A stretch of 64,000 nucleotides of DNA from IMG/VR virus record IMGVR_UViG_3300013307_000015. One strand, 5' to 3'. Below the pieces are notes generated by a model. The model saw only the letters and a list, made by a program, of their open reading frames with translations, was not told where the DNA came from and searched no databases. Of this stretch, positions 18,514 through 27,300 are shown in pieces. Each line of letters opens with the position of its first letter. The first letter of the stretch is position 1. A program made the position numbers and the translations under genes. The stretch is from a virus. Lineage: Duplodnaviria > Heunggongvirae > Uroviricota > Caudoviricetes.

Positions 18514-18903
18514 ATGGAAGCTCCAACCGCAAAACCCGAAGCTCCGACCAAGGAGCCGCTGCTTCACGAAGCAGCCACCAAGGCGTTGAAAGACGCTGGC
18601 CACAACAACCCCGAGTTCTGGAAAAGCTACCTGCATCCGCACGGCGAAGATCCGCAGGTGGCATTCGACATCCAGCGCTTCCTGATCAACCGTTCGTTCG
18701 AGATGACGATCGGCGGCGTCAACCCGAAGACGTTCTTCGAGAACCAGAAGACGGCCGAGGACTACGCTCGCGACCAGCTGGACGCGCGCTACTGTCTGCT
18801 GCCGACGGGTGACTTCAAAACGTGGATGCACTCCTTCAAGCAGAAGGTGGTGCCGTTCATCATGAAGTACAACCTCGGCGTGTTGCAAAGCGCCGTAGCG
18901 TAA
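18514..18903 (+). CDS. Hypothetical protein
   Basis: GAGGA RBS, biased codon usage, 129 aa. Confidence 0.75.
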   Translation: MEAPTAKPEAPTKEPLLHEAATKALKDAGHNNPEFWKSYLHPHGEDPQVAFDIQRFLINRSFEMTIGGVNPKTFFENQKTAEDYARDQLDARYCLLPTGDFKTWMHSFKQKVVPFIMKYNLGVLQSAVA

Positions 18904-18978
18904 GCTGCCGGGAAGGCGTGGGATAATTATGCAGAGGTTTGTGCAAGATTACCCACGCTTTCATGCGGGAGAACAGTC

Positions 18979-19644
18979 ATGTCAGGAAATCGCAAAGCAG
19001 CTACCGCCGAGCTGCTCGCGGGGTTGGAAGCCTTGCTTCCGGGAAGTGAAAACACCGCGCTCTGGAAGGCGAAGTTGGAGTCGATGAGTGATAAGCAGTT
19101 CGAGGAGTTTGCGAAAGGACTCGAACAGGAAACCACGCGCATCTCGGTCATTGTACCGAACTTCTCCAAACACCAAATCGATGTCGAGCGCAATCTCGAC
19201 CTCGCAGAAAAGTGGGGTCACGAATTCTTCGAGCGGCTGTGGATGCCGAAGGATGATGGTTCGTACTACCTCACGCCAATCAAATATCTGGTGTATGACT
19301 TACCGCTTCGCCGGCAAGCTCAGCACTTGATCAAGAAAATCTCCATTCCGGAAGACAACAAATCTGTCGATGATCTGACGGGTCAACCCACGGGTAAGTC
19401 GAAGGGCAGCAAGCTCTCCTACCCGGAGTTGCAAGTCATGGCGGCACTCGGCCTCGATCACTCGATCGTCGAGATGATGAAGTATCGTGGTGGCGACACC
19501 AAGGGCTATAACGCCATGAATACCGTCATCGCCAAGACGGGTACGGTCAGTCAGAAAGAAATCGAGCCGTACGCCGGTGGAGTCGAATCAACCAAAACCT
19601 TGAGCACGCTTTTCACCGCGATGCATCTGGGCAACACACTGTAA
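18979..19644 (+). CDS. Virion RNA polymerase beta subunit, C-terminal fragment (phiKZ gp149-like)
   Basis: 'LRRQAQHLIKKIS...DLTGQPTGKSKGSKLSYPELQVMAALG' parallels the RpoB C-terminal '[24 protein letters not shown]' region. Confidence 0.8.
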   Translation: MSGNRKAATAELLAGLEALLPGSENTALWKAKLESMSDKQFEEFAKGLEQETTRISVIVPNFSKHQIDVERNLDLAEKWGHEFFERLWMPKDDGSYYLTPIKYLVYDLPLRRQAQHLIKKISIPEDNKSVDDLTGQPTGKSKGSKLSYPELQVMAALGLDHSIVEMMKYRGGDTKGYNAMNTVIAKTGTVSQKEIEPYAGGVESTKTLSTLFTAMHLGNTL

Positions 19645-19653
19645 GGGAAAGTC

Positions 19654-20283
19654 ATGGGACTGAGTGCCAAAGAGATGGATGACATCGGTGAACTGGTGAA
19701 TATGGCGTTTCTGTCTGCCTTCTCCAATTCGCCGAGCACGCACCACGCTAAGCTGCTGAGCTTCGCGTTTGGCTTGATTCGGAAGGAAGTGCCGTATCAT
19801 CTCTTTTCGGGTCAACTCGAAGGCACCAAGCGCCTGACTAGCCTGATGTACGATGATCCGGACATTCGGGACTTTGTCCTGAAGATCACGATGCACGTCT
19901 TCTCGAAGATGGGGGATGTGAAGAACCGCTATCCGGCGCTGGTGGAGAACCTGACGGAGGCGATCGGCTATATCGACATTCCGGAAGCAAAGGACCGGAA
20001 AGAGACAGCAACGCAGCCGATTGCGTTGATGCCGGAAGAATTGTTGGGGCGACTGCCATTGGCAAGCGATGTCTCGGACGTCTTGCTGTGGAATCGCTGG
20101 GCAACCACCATGGTACTCATGATGCTGTATCTCATGACGCCAGAAGATCTCGGAACCCTTCTGGAAGAGAAGAAACGCCGGGATGCAATCGAGGCAGCAG
20201 AGCAAGCGCGTATGCTTGCAAGACAACAACGTGCTCAGGCCGGACAGGAAAGAAAGTCGGCTGAAGGCACGGCAAGTGCTTAA
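19654..20283 (+). CDS. Hypothetical protein
   Basis: 209 aa, co-oriented with the upstream gene, AAGGGA RBS. Confidence 0.7.
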   Translation: MGLSAKEMDDIGELVNMAFLSAFSNSPSTHHAKLLSFAFGLIRKEVPYHLFSGQLEGTKRLTSLMYDDPDIRDFVLKITMHVFSKMGDVKNRYPALVENLTEAIGYIDIPEAKDRKETATQPIALMPEELLGRLPLASDVSDVLLWNRWATTMVLMMLYLMTPEDLGTLLEEKKRRDAIEAAEQARMLARQQRAQAGQERKSAEGTASA

Positions 20284-20453
20284 TCTGATCTATTACGCAT
20301 AATCAATCTCTTTCTGGAAAGTATAAAATTAACCAGAGGGGTACTTGTTATGCAGTAAGGGAGACAGATAATAATGACGTGAAAACACGTGAGTTCGCTC
20401 AAGAAGTAACACGAAACGTTTGAGCGTGATTAACTTTTGTATTTGCCGGGGGT

Positions 20454-21245
20454 ATGGGCAAAATGGCTCATGCTAGTAAGGTCGAAGGTATTCTAGTAGG
20501 GTTGGACGAGCTACTGGATACGCGACTGGGGACCATCGGCCTCCTGTCACCGGAGGCTGCAAGAAAGTTGCTGTCATCGGATGCTTACCACACCCGTGAG
20601 ACAGACGAGTTCGAAGGCGTCAATGCGATTGAGTACAAGATCGCTTACGCTGAACGGGCCGTACGTAATCTGAGAAACTCGGTCATGACTCCGGTGGTTT
20701 TCCACCTGCGTCAGGTCGTCAAGCAGTTACTTTGGCAGGCAGTCTCTGGTCCGGACCACGACGCAGTGCGACTGACTGTCAATGTTTATCCCTACTCGGA
20801 CTTTTCGGACGAGGAAAAGAACGAACTCAGTAGGGTCTTGAAGTATCACATGAACGGTGGCGTTGACATAAAGGCCCACGAGCAGCCTCTCCTGTCCGTC
20901 GATTTCATCGACGTTGCACCTGAGAAACTGACTCCTAGCCACTGTAAGGCGTCCTATGGTGCCATGTACATGTACAACCCATGGGCATGGCTCAATTCAC
21001 ATACGGAAGCTCTCAAGACTGGTCCTCGTTTGCCGGAAGTTATCATTTACGCTCCAAGACTATACCACGACGGTAAGCCGGACGCGAAAGAACTTGCTCG
21101 GTTTGAAATGGACTTTGATGGGAAAGCTCCCGATCCGCTCACGTTTGACGAAATGAGAGTGTCCCCTATTGCTGGGGTGACATTGTTAGACGTGTCGTAT
21201 TTCAGCAGCTCTGTGCGCCTTCAGCGTAATCAGGCACCGACATAA
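20454..21245 (+). CDS. Conserved phiKZ-family hypothetical protein
   Basis: 263 aa with 'ILVGLDELLDTRLGT' N-terminal motif; start may be a few codons downstream. Confidence 0.7.
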   Translation: MGKMAHASKVEGILVGLDELLDTRLGTIGLLSPEAARKLLSSDAYHTRETDEFEGVNAIEYKIAYAERAVRNLRNSVMTPVVFHLRQVVKQLLWQAVSGPDHDAVRLTVNVYPYSDFSDEEKNELSRVLKYHMNGGVDIKAHEQPLLSVDFIDVAPEKLTPSHCKASYGAMYMYNPWAWLNSHTEALKTGPRLPEVIIYAPRLYHDGKPDAKELARFEMDFDGKAPDPLTFDEMRVSPIAGVTLLDVSYFSSSVRLQRNQAPT

Positions 21246-21307
21246 GCCAGAAGTCTGACCTCCACACCCGCTCCCGCCTGTTCATAGGTTGGGGAGGGGT
21301 GTGGAGG
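21238..21307. terminator. Long imperfect hairpin between convergent genes, CGACATA on the left
   Basis: CCTCCACACCC...GGGTGTGGAGG outer stem; CGACATA (TATGTCG on the minus strand) at 21238-21244. Confidence 0.7.
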
Positions 21308-21343
21308 CGGCTGCTGCGAACGTCCGTTCACATAGCCTAATGA

Positions 21344-21823
21344 TTACGAAGTCTTGGAATCTCCGCCCTGAAGATACTTAGACATGAAGGTCGCATAGTC
21401 CTGCTGAGGCAACGTGGTTGCCGTCTCGCCCTCCAGAAGCTCGGGGGCGGGAAAATCTGCCCCAAGTTTCGGTGCTTCGCGAGGCGCTGCCTCGATATCC
21501 GATCGACTCATTTTATTGGGCATCGCAGTTAAAAGTTTTGCGATAAGACTGTGCGTCGCGCCTTGTGCGTCGGCGGCCTTGGTTTCGATCGCCAGACGTT
21601 GTCGGCCGATGGCCGAGGAATCCATGTCTTTGAGTGCTGCCAGCATCACCACGCGGTCTTTGGGATCTTGTGGCATCTTGCCCTCGGGCGTCAACATCTC
21701 TTTGACGAGTTGGACGCGCTTATGATGGACGAATGCTTGGATGCTGGTGTCGGAAGGAAGTGGAGGAATCACTTCGGGCTCGTCATTAACGACCTCGAAG
21801 TTTCCTTGAGTTACGTTGGTCAT
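21344..21823 (-). CDS. Hypothetical protein
   Basis: Start MTNVTQG with GAGG upstream; 159 aa. Confidence 0.7.
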   Translation of the reverse strand: MTNVTQGNFEVVNDEPEVIPPLPSDTSIQAFVHHKRVQLVKEMLTPEGKMPQDPKDRVVMLAALKDMDSSAIGRQRLAIETKAADAQGATHSLIAKLLTAMPNKMSRSDIEAAPREAPKLGADFPAPELLEGETATTLPQQDYATFMSKYLQGGDSKTS

Positions 21824-21840
21824 GATCGATGCCTCAAAGA

Positions 21841-21867
21841 AAAAATAGTCACATATCATCTTTTTGA
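21841..21867 (+). promoter_or_regulatory. Putative phage early promoter (TCACATATCA-N6-TGA)
   Basis: The motif recurs at 44034 and 63433, each time upstream of + strand non-structural genes; it resembles the phiKZ early element TATATTAC. Confidence 0.55.
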
Positions 21868-21910
21868 GCAGTAAATCCTTTGCTCTATATCAAGAAGGGG
21901 TACCACAGAA

Positions 21911-22444
21911 ATGATTGGTTTTGTGTCAGGTGTGGTCAGCCGCATCCAGCGCAGACTCAAGCAAGAGCACAAGAAACGCATCTCCCTTGTGCTTGAACAA
22001 GGCATACCGCTTGATCGGACGTGGAAAGTTTGTGAGGAGTTGCTCTTGCAAATGGACCCGAAGAAATACGCTGCGATTCCGGTATCCGCCTCGCAAGCAA
22101 CGCTGGTACGCACGCCATACCAGTCGCTGGAAACGTACATCAAAACACTCAAGTCGGTGATCTTCGACTTCAAGGAGGAAAACAAGATCGATCGGGGGTG
22201 GAGTTCGTTCGAGACTCAAACCCTGACAGTGTCGGACTTTCTGAAAACGGAAGACGGCTACTACATGACACCTGCATCATTGGTCGAGTTCTTGACCGAG
22301 GTAAAGGAATTACTCGAACTCATCAGTCAAGCCGAGCACGAGGAACTCGGAGTAACTGCGCACAACGTTCGGGTACTGGTCCCGTTCTTTGTCCGACTGC
22401 GTGACACACTGTTCGATCTTTACGATCTCCAGTTCGCTCTTTAA
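21911..22444 (+). CDS. Hypothetical protein
   Basis: 177-aa ORF downstream of the promoter-like motif. Confidence 0.7.
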   Translation: MIGFVSGVVSRIQRRLKQEHKKRISLVLEQGIPLDRTWKVCEELLLQMDPKKYAAIPVSASQATLVRTPYQSLETYIKTLKSVIFDFKEENKIDRGWSSFETQTLTVSDFLKTEDGYYMTPASLVEFLTEVKELLELISQAEHEELGVTAHNVRVLVPFFVRLRDTLFDLYDLQFAL

Positions 22445-22528
22445 CTACCGTGTCACTCTAATCGCAACATCTTAATTGCAGCACGCAACTACCATCCTTT
22501 GGCGGTGGCAGGCCAAGAAGGAATAACC

Positions 22529-22993
22529 ATGGCTCGTAATGACCTCTTTAAACTTCTGAACAGCGTCGACAAGGGCGTTGGTCGCACATACGGTGCCAAT
22601 GGCACTTTATCGCGACTTTTTCGACAAATCTTACGAGACCGTAAAGTCGGTCCGGAAAAGTTTGGGGCCCTGATGCATGATTACTTGGACGACCCTCGTA
22701 ATCGGGTTTCCAACAACCGCAAGGACAGAACCAGTGCCCGAGGCAATCTCGGCATGGCTTTGGCTCAGCCCAAGATGACGTGGAAGGTCTTCTGCAAGGG
22801 ATTGCGGTTTTTGAAGGTGGTGAAGATTGACATTGCCATTCGTGCGTATTACGCCAATGGTCAAGAAGAGATCCACCAAACCTCCATGGTCCTCGCAGAA
22901 CAAACGCCCGCTGAAAAGGCGGAAGCAGGCACCACGATTCAACCTCATACTGACGGCAAAGCAAATGAGGACACTGGAAATGACGAACAGTAG
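22529..22993 (+). CDS. Hypothetical protein (basic, possibly nucleic-acid binding)
   Basis: Start MARNDLF after AAGGA; 154 aa. Confidence 0.7.
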   Translation: MARNDLFKLLNSVDKGVGRTYGANGTLSRLFRQILRDRKVGPEKFGALMHDYLDDPRNRVSNNRKDRTSARGNLGMALAQPKMTWKVFCKGLRFLKVVKIDIAIRAYYANGQEEIHQTSMVLAEQTPAEKAEAGTTIQPHTDGKANEDTGNDEQ

Positions 22994-23534
22994 ACCCCGT
23001 GATGTAAGTGTTGCAGGGCGCTACAGCAAGGCTACCGACGGGATCGATCACATCAACATCAGTCCCCAAGGGAAAACCGAACTTGGTGTGCTCCTCGCGC
23101 ACTATACGGAATCGCACTTCGTGCACGAGTATCTGGGACCTTTCGATAGCATGGAAGGTTACTGGTACTACGTGAAGAGCGCGGTTCCGGATGATAAGCT
23201 GCGTTCACTCTCGGGCAAGCAAGCTTATCTGTACGGCAAAGAGCTGCCGTCGATTCGACGACAGTTTTTCCGTGAGATCATCAAGGATGGCAACTACTTC
23301 AAGATCAGTCAGAACGATCGACTGCGGGAGTTGTTGATGGAATCCGAGTTGCCGCTCACGCAGTACTACAACTACGGTGCGCACGGGATTGCTATCAATC
23401 CGAAAACGATGCCGTGGCTGGTGCCCGATTTCGAGCAACTTCGCGAGGCGTTCCGTTACGACGTCGAGCACAAGATCGTTTCGTACGAAGATTTCCAAAA
23501 GATCATCGTGCCGAAGCGTGTGGCGAAGAAATAA
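22980..23534 (+). CDS. NADAR-like protein (T4 gp30.3-related)
   Basis: 'DGIDHINI..GKTELG..L...F.SMEGYW..K....LSG..A...GKEL...KISQN..LRELL.ES' follows the NADAR/gp30.3 motif order. Confidence 0.6.
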   Translation: MTNSRPRDVSVAGRYSKATDGIDHINISPQGKTELGVLLAHYTESHFVHEYLGPFDSMEGYWYYVKSAVPDDKLRSLSGKQAYLYGKELPSIRRQFFREIIKDGNYFKISQNDRLRELLMESELPLTQYYNYGAHGIAINPKTMPWLVPDFEQLREAFRYDVEHKIVSYEDFQKIIVPKRVAKK

Positions 23535-23541
23535 CCACCTG

Positions 23542-23572
23542 AGGGGACTTCGGTCCCCTCCCTTCTTTTTTT
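23542..23572 (+). terminator. Intrinsic terminator
   Basis: GAGGGGAC-TTCG-GTCCCCTC followed by a T-tract. Confidence 0.85.
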
Positions 23573-23582
23573 GTCTTCGATC

Positions 23583-25058
23583 ATGGCGACTACACCACAA
23601 TTCACCATGCCGGGTGCGCCTCCATTGGCTAAACCCAGCTTCTTCACTGGTCCGAACGACGATCTGGCTGTTGCTAATGCATACGCCCAGCAGGGTGGTG
23701 TGATCAACGCGATCAAAGACCAGCTGAGCAACTTGGGGATTTCGATTCCTGATGTGCTCAAAGGCGGTCGTGCACTGGCTTCGCTGTTGCCGATCGTCAC
23801 GGGTATCAAAAATGGTGGCCTGTCGACCAATCCGGTTGGATTGATTACGCGTCTGTTGGCTTCATCGTCACAGATCACGGCTGCTTTCAAGTTCTTGGGT
23901 GCAGACGTACAGGCGGACATGATTGCCGGTATGAAGGCACTCGGTCCGGTTGCGGTCACCATCGGGAACTTGACGCAACAGGTTAAGGTTACGAATTTCG
24001 ACAATCTGAATTCGGTTGGTAACCTCATCAATTCGTTCACCAATGGTGCAGCGAACATGGGGATTATCGACAAGGATTCGATTGCGTCGATTGTCGGGGG
24101 TATCGTCAAGCAAGCCGGCGGTTACGGCATTAGCGGCGTGTATGGTGCCGTGATGACGGGTATCAACGACGTCGAGATCATCTCGAAGGCTGCGAACCTC
24201 TCGTTGCCCTCGGTGATTGCCAATGGCGATGTGGCTTCGCTTAAGCAGATCGCTCAGTCGCTCTCTCCTGGCGCTGTTGCGCTTTTGCATCCCACTGCGC
24301 TGAGTCAGTTCACCCAAGCGTTCGATCGCTTGACCAACGCAGGTGGTGTCGGGCTGAATGCGCCTGTATTCGACTCAAAGACTTTTTCCAACGTCATGGA
24401 TGCGTTCAACACATCGAACCCGTCCTGGAACGTTTGCACGCGTCAGGGAGCCACGTACGGCGATATCACCACTCTCACGCGTGCATCGAGTGACTTCACC
24501 GACATGATTTCAAACGGCATCAAGCGATTGGATTCAGGTGACGCTCAGCAGGACTACGCGTTGGCCTCGTTGTATGGTCCGCAAGACGTGGGCTCTTCAC
24601 TCAGTTCGCAGTTTCCGAACGTGGTGCAGACGCAGAACAGCAACTCGCCGAAGGTGACCGGTACGGGTGATCCGCAGTCGACCAGCATTATCGACAAACT
24701 GGCCAGCTTCATGCCGGGTCTGTCGTTTGTCAAGGGTGGTGCTGAAGCCCAAGCCCGGATCGATTCGACCAACAAGTACTACTCCGCCATGCGGGAAATC
24801 AACAACGGTACGTACGATCCGACGAAGTACGGTTTGCCAGCACCGGTGCAAACCACGACGCTTTCACCGACGAGCACGTCCACAACGACGAGTACCTCAA
24901 CCACTGTGACCAATGCATTCGGTCAACAGGTGCAGCGTGGCACGCATGTGCTGCTGGGGTATAACGCAGCTGGTGTAGCGATCTACGCGGATGATCCGAG
25001 TGCGGGCAGTGAACCGCTCTTTCCTTCGGATGCTTACGCGCAGACCACCATCGCCTAA
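23583..25058 (+). CDS. Putative virion (tail/baseplate) protein
   Basis: 491 aa, rich in Gly/Ser/Asn/Thr, converging on the tail genes. Confidence 0.6.
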   Translation: MATTPQFTMPGAPPLAKPSFFTGPNDDLAVANAYAQQGGVINAIKDQLSNLGISIPDVLKGGRALASLLPIVTGIKNGGLSTNPVGLITRLLASSSQITAAFKFLGADVQADMIAGMKALGPVAVTIGNLTQQVKVTNFDNLNSVGNLINSFTNGAANMGIIDKDSIASIVGGIVKQAGGYGISGVYGAVMTGINDVEIISKAANLSLPSVIANGDVASLKQIAQSLSPGAVALLHPTALSQFTQAFDRLTNAGGVGLNAPVFDSKTFSNVMDAFNTSNPSWNVCTRQGATYGDITTLTRASSDFTDMISNGIKRLDSGDAQQDYALASLYGPQDVGSSLSSQFPNVVQTQNSNSPKVTGTGDPQSTSIIDKLASFMPGLSFVKGGAEAQARIDSTNKYYSAMREINNGTYDPTKYGLPAPVQTTTLSPTSTSTTTSTSTTVTNAFGQQVQRGTHVLLGYNAAGVAIYADDPSAGSEPLFPSDAYAQTTIA

Positions 25059-25098
25059 GGGCATAAACGGGGAGGCGTAATGCCTCCCCAATATGCCG
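25059..25098. terminator. Bidirectional hairpin flanked by GGCATA/TATGCCG
   Basis: GGGGAGGC-GTAAT-GCCTCCCC fills the gap between two convergent stop codons. Confidence 0.85.
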
Positions 25099-27219
25099 TC
25101 AATGCTGCACGCCCTTGTAGACCATCGAAATGAGTCGACCCGGAGGCGTGTTACCCGCCCAGCTTGCCCAGTGAGCCCAGCTCGACCATGTGCTGAAATT
25201 CGCCATGGTCTTTGTCAGGTTCAGCTTGTACTTGCGCCAAGCGTAAATCTGATCTGCCAAGCCCATACCACCCAGCACAGCCATGTAGTCGGTAAAGACG
25301 GTGTCTTCATCGAACGCGCCTGCTGCAATAGCACCCAGTCCGAAACCGCCGGCTGCACCTACCACTCCAGCCAAGGCTCCACCAGCAATGGCTCCAGCGG
25401 CTGCCGCCGAGAAGCTGATACCTTGTGCGATCGGCATATGCAGCACACTGGACAGATCCTTCACTGTAAAGGAGACGTCGATTGCCATCACGTGTCCTTC
25501 ATTGGTAAAGCCCAGGTTGCCCGTGCCTCGTGTGACCGACATGGAATCCACGATTGCCAGCCGCGACTGCTGACGACCTTTGTCGTAGATTTCGATCAGG
25601 AAGGGCGAGGTGTAAGACTGCTTGCCCGTCGAGAGCGGCAGAGCAAGAGCCAGCAAACAAGCCAGCGGGATGTGGATGTTCATCATCTGGCTCATCGGGT
25701 TGCCGTACGGACTCACCAAGTTGATGGTGTACGACATCGATTTACCATACGTCGACGATGAAGACTCCCAGTGCTCCGGGATATCCACAAACGCAGCACC
25801 AGCAAGCGCTGCCAGACCCGAGACTTGCAGTTGGTCTGCTACCCCGCGCACTACGTCCACCGCTGCGTTGGCCACTGCACCAACCAGCTTGCCAACCGGA
25901 CCACCGACCAGATCACCATTGGCCAAGTCGAAGTTCGTGCTGCGCGACGAACTGGACATGCTGTTGATCTTGTTGGCAATTTCCGACGGAGCAGTCGACG
26001 AAGAGAACGATTCACTCACCGAACCCGTTGCGTTCACTCGGAAGCAGACGAATTCCGAGCCATCGTCCATTTCAGCATTGAAGAATTCCTTCAAGCCGTC
26101 GTCTGCGGTAGCGGAGGTGATGAGACTTTCCACCGACGAGTCCGGGTCTTGCGCAGCGGTTGTGGCCGAGGCATCACTACCCGATGCATCCACCGAAGTG
26201 GTGGAAGTAGGCGTGGTTGGCTGACCATACGCAGTACCGGAAATCGAGCTATCTTGATTGCCGGATGCATCCACGCTGCCTGCCCACTTGGCCAGATACG
26301 TCTGAAAGTCAGGCGGCGAATCCGAATACGTCTCCGACATCACCTGCGAGAATGCATTGGTGAGGTCTTGCCCGCTCGACAGAATCGATTCAGAAGCCGC
26401 TTGCTCCAGCGCTTGATACATGCGGTGCTGCAAACGCATCGCACGCGTAGCCATCGCGTAGACGTTGATTTCACCACCCTCGGTGAAAATGTCAGGGGAG
26501 GCTGCGTTAAACGCAGCGCGTGCGGCATCATCCCACTGGTAGTCTTGCGAGAGATCGACTTTCTCGCCATTGGCATCCACCACCAAGGAGCTACCGCCAA
26601 TCGATTGCGGATTGCCACCCAGACGCGGCACAATGCCGCGATTGACTGCGATCTGGTTGACGATTGTCTGCACCGCGTTCCAGTAAAGCGGCATCGTCGG
26701 TTTCAGGTAGTAGAACTTGGACGAAGGCTTACCGAGGAAGAACCGGTAGCCAATACCCAGCAGGTGAACAGCAAGCGGCAACCAGTTCATTATTGTCACT
26801 GCAAAACCTACCGCACGACCCAAGGCGTAGAACACACCCGTGGAGCGACCCGTGCGTGCCAACTGACCAGCACCTGTATTGTAGAAGCCCGTGAAGAAGG
26901 TGGTCAAGGAGTTGAACTCTGGCACTCCTGCACGGATAAAAATCAGCTGACTGTTGTCGTCGATGTTTTCGCTGTACCAGCGACCCTGACCGATACTGCC
27001 AGCCAGTCGTTGCTTAGCCGGTCGCAGATCCGCACTACGCGTAAATTGCGGTGGCGGATTGATGGCAAAGTTGCCACCAAGCGACGTATCGGTGAATTTG
27101 GTTTGATTGGTTGAGAACGTCCGGCGGACGATGTCTCCGCTTGAATCCAACGCCGAATTCGGAACAGCAAAGGACTGCCGAATCCAGCTTACGTCCTTCA
27201 CCATGTACGGACTTACCAT
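25099..27219 (-). CDS. Tail/baseplate protein (phiKZ gp182-like)
   Basis: 706 aa, downstream of the giant tail lysozyme; 'SLGGNFAINPPPQFTRSADL' and 'SPYGNPMSQ' motifs; Gly/Ala-rich hydrophobic C-terminal stretch. Confidence 0.7.
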   Translation of the reverse strand: MVSPYMVKDVSWIRQSFAVPNSALDSSGDIVRRTFSTNQTKFTDTSLGGNFAINPPPQFTRSADLRPAKQRLAGSIGQGRWYSENIDDNSQLIFIRAGVPEFNSLTTFFTGFYNTGAGQLARTGRSTGVFYALGRAVGFAVTIMNWLPLAVHLLGIGYRFFLGKPSSKFYYLKPTMPLYWNAVQTIVNQIAVNRGIVPRLGGNPQSIGGSSLVVDANGEKVDLSQDYQWDDAARAAFNAASPDIFTEGGEINVYAMATRAMRLQHRMYQALEQAASESILSSGQDLTNAFSQVMSETYSDSPPDFQTYLAKWAGSVDASGNQDSSISGTAYGQPTTPTSTTSVDASGSDASATTAAQDPDSSVESLITSATADDGLKEFFNAEMDDGSEFVCFRVNATGSVSESFSSSTAPSEIANKINSMSSSSRSTNFDLANGDLVGGPVGKLVGAVANAAVDVVRGVADQLQVSGLAALAGAAFVDIPEHWESSSSTYGKSMSYTINLVSPYGNPMSQMMNIHIPLACLLALALPLSTGKQSYTSPFLIEIYDKGRQQSRLAIVDSMSVTRGTGNLGFTNEGHVMAIDVSFTVKDLSSVLHMPIAQGISFSAAAAGAIAGGALAGVVGAAGGFGLGAIAAGAFDEDTVFTDYMAVLGGMGLADQIYAWRKYKLNLTKTMANFSTWSSWAHWASWAGNTPPGRLISMVYKGVQH

Positions 27220-27232
27220 TGCTTATCTCCAG

Positions 27233-27290
27233 CGGCATATTTAAAAAAGCAGGGAGAGCCTCGTCCCGTACTAGCGACAAGACCCTCCCA
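27233..27290 (-). terminator. Hairpin, U-tract and TATGCCG on the minus strand
   Basis: The minus strand reads an imperfect GGGAG...CTCCC stem, then GCTTTTTTAAATATGCCG. Confidence 0.6.
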
Positions 27291-27300
27291 TTACACACGA

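Noticed and set aside
24850-24910. Thr/Ser run (TTTLSPTSTSTTTSTSTT) as a tandem DNA repeat
   Set aside because: The codons vary, so it is a low-complexity protein linker.
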